DNA of 64,000 bases from Narcine bancroftii. Lineage: Eukaryota. The stretch lies in the NCBI RefSeq assembly GCF_036971445.1, contig NC_091478.1:21824001-21888000 (forward strand), read 5' to 3'. Within the stretch, counting starts at the first letter, position 1; every line of letters starts with the position of its first letter. The notes under the pieces were generated by a model. It searched no databases and was not told the origin of the DNA. It saw nothing but the letters and a program-made list of their open reading frames with translations. Position numbers and translations under genes: made by a program. Below are positions 61,281 through 64,000 of this stretch, one piece after another.

Positions 61281-62329
61281 CTGGTAGTGCCCAACAGCGA
61301 CGCGCAGGAGTATTAGCACACATGCGCGGGTGTGTTAAGCATCAGTATATGGGTGATCCCTGACACTCTCACTCTCCTCTTCCTGCATCTGAGATTCATC
61401 ATTCTGAAGATTTTGAGCAGAAGTATTTTCATTCATGCCACCAAACGAACTTAATCGTTGTGACTAATCGTGATTAGATTGGAATTTGTAAGATATACAT
61501 GAAGTGCTTGGTTGGAGTGTGGAATTGTAAATATGATCACTTCATGGCTGGTTTTATTTATGCAGTGGAGCATGCCATCAAAAATAAAGATTATTAGGAT
61601 CCAAGGCAGATTTTCTCAGTTTGTCATCACAAAATTCATTCTACTCCATTCTGGAGAGACTGCAGAGATTAAATTAGCCAACAGCTATGGTGCAAAATGG
61701 GCTTCAAGCCGGCCATTTTACCCAAATTTGTTATATTTCAAGTTGGTGAGAAATAAATCACATCGGAGTTGCCTTCAATCTATTTTGGGTGTCTGGCGTT
61801 GACCGTTTCAATTGGTCCTTTTTTCTTTGCATAGTGGCTTTAGGAAAGTTTCTCGACATCATAAAGTCATGAGTCATTTACACTTTTTTAACAGACAACA
61901 TTTTTTTATAAGCACAACTTTTGAACCTATTCCTTTCCTCTTGAAGACAAAGTGTTGCATGCGCATCAGGCATGTTCAGTATCTTGCCCGAGTAGCCCTT
62001 TTTAAAGGGTACGAATTACAAGAAGAGGTTGGACAAACTTTAGGTTGTTTTCTCTGGAGCACCAAAGACTGTGGGAGGACCTGATAGAAGTTCATGAGAT
62101 GGATTGATAGAGTAAACAGTAAAAATGTTTCTCTTAGAGTAAAAAGCATCAAGTACAAGAGGATGTGGACTTAAGGCGAGAGCATGAAAGTTGAAAAGAT
62201 GTGTGCAGGGCTAGTTTTTGCATGGATAATTGTAGATGCTTGTAAGTGGTTGCCATAGATAGTGGTGGAAGCACATATGATAGTCATGTTTAAGAGGCTT
62301 TTGGGCATATAAATATGCATGAATTAAGG

Positions 62330-62710
62330 ATCCGAATTTATTATTATAAACGTGTCATGAAATTGGTTGTCTGCAGCAATTTCACAGGTGTCTGCGGTTC
62401 ATTGTCCGTTCAGAAATCTGATGGCAGAAGCTGTTTTTGTCCTGTTGTGTGTTCGTCTTCAGGCTCCTGTACCTCCTTCCTGAAGGTAGTAGTGAGAAGA
62501 GGGCATGGCCTGGATGGAGAGGGTCCTTGATGATAAAGGCTGCTTTCTTGAGACACCGCCTCTTGTGGATGTTTTTGATGGAGTGAAGACATTGTTCCCA
62601 ACTATCTGTGGCCTTTTCCTGTCCTGCACATTGGCACCTCCATACCAGACAGTGATGCCACCCGTCAGAGTGGCCTGTAGAAATTTGCAAGTCTTCGATG
62701 AGATACCAAA
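62330..62710 (-). mobile_element. Rex1/Babar-type 3' fragment nested in a CR1 fragment
   Basis: KDPLHPGHALFSLLPSGRRYRSLKT..NSF. Confidence 0.75.
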
Positions 62711-63080
62711 TGGAGGGATGAAGATCATGTAAAGGCAAAAGATTTTTTAAGCTCAATTTGGCATAATGTTCAGTGTAGATCAAAGGGCCTATTCATTGCT
62801 GTACTGTTCTATATTCTATATATGCAAACTGAGGTAGCAAGGATGCAGATCAAAATAATGTTCCCATGCCCAGCACCAATAAAGGATCACTGTCAGAATC
62901 CTATTTTTACTCTACCCTTCACAACCCAAAAGTACCCACTGCTTCCCTGCACAGAGATTTAGCACAGCTAAATTACCTCATTTGCACTTTAGGAAAACAA
63001 ATGTAACATCACAGATATTCTAATTGCTTGTGTTTATTTCATTGAATCCCATTTAATTAAAGATCATTATTTAATGGCAG

Positions 63081-63228
63081 AATTGATCCTGGAGGACTTG
63101 CAGAGCAGAATGGCATCAAAGTTGGAGACCAAATCCTGGCAGCCAATGGAATAAGCTTTGAGAAAATCACCCATAGCAAAGCAGTAGAAATCCTCAAGAG
63201 TTACACACACATTATGTTGACAATAAAG
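63081..63228 (+). CDS. PDZD7: PDZD7 coding exon 5 ([49 protein letters not shown]); gene continues beyond the right edge
   Basis: 148 bp, CAG acceptor and AAG|GTACG donor; PDZ2 C-half. Absent from the ORF track, translated by hand. Confidence 0.95.
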
Positions 63229-64000
63229 GTACGAAGCACCTTCCACATTAATATATGAGTGGAGAATGGAATTTTACACTTCCAAGATACTTTTAAGCAA
63301 TCTGCAGCTCAGATTTACTGCCGCTGTTCCTGAAATAGTTACGGTACGAGAAGATCAACATGGAAAATATTCCCTTCTCCTAAAATTATTGGAATTTGGC
63401 AAATGGCATGTACATTGGCTAAATGCCAATATTTAACAGATAATGAGACATTAAATAGATGTGTTTATAAACAACTTGACAAACAGCTGGTTTAAAAAGT
63501 GTCCCACAAACCTGGTGTGTAAGAGTACTTTGTTTATGACTTATACTGAAATGATCATTATTATACCCACTACACTGAATACGCTGACAATGTATGGCAA
63601 ATAACAAAATGAAAGCATTCTTTCATTAATCCTGCAGCTCATTCATTTTGCTGTGAAGTATTACTGGAGGTAATTATACCCTTGAGATCACAGCAATTGA
63701 CAGTGCTTTCATCTGAAGAGATTAACAGATGGCAAAGTAAATTAAAAAAAACACAAATCTGGAAGCTGTGGAAACTCTGAATATCTTCCAACTGGAATGT
63801 CAGTTCTGGCCCTGCATTCACAAAATTGTGAATAAGGAGGGGGGAAGGACAGGAAACCGGGAAGTATGGGTTTTGTAAACCTCTTGTGGAAATTAATACC
63901 AGGACACCTTTTAAAATTGTTTTAAGTTTCCTGAACAGGCTGGTATTATCAAGTGGGAGAGCCATCTGAGAACCAGAGACAAGAGGAGGATACTGGGTAT

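Overview
Vertebrate genomic DNA, not prokaryotic. The repeat content (V-SINE-like SINEs, CR1, Rex1/Babar, L1, Penelope-like elements) points to a cartilaginous fish, probably a ray; this is inference. Two spliced genes lie head-to-head and both run off the window edges. Sideroflexin-3 (SFXN3, minus strand) has a non-coding exon 1 in a CpG island at ~15.7 kb and four coding exons at 10394-10557, 4725-4895, 2236-2334 and 125-200. PDZD7 (plus strand) has five coding exons at 47269-47467, 53797-53946, 54220-54394, 60469-60642 and 63081-63228, covering PDZ1 and PDZ2. All exon phases join correctly. Most of the rest is transposon debris. Best findings: (1) a full-length, apparently young 2.43-kb LINE-1 derivative with an intact ORF1, ORF2 reduced to two fused stubs, a poly(A) tail and a perfect 18-bp TSD (HAL1-like non-autonomous element); (2) several minimal hammerhead-ribozyme-like motifs carried by Penelope-like elements; (3) a GC-AG intron in SFXN3; (4) two candidate promoters for PDZD7; (5) several long inverted-repeat structures and a polarised 48/51-bp minisatellite. 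Repeat boundaries are approximate unless a TSD or TIR is stated. Family names come from recognised motifs, not from database searches.
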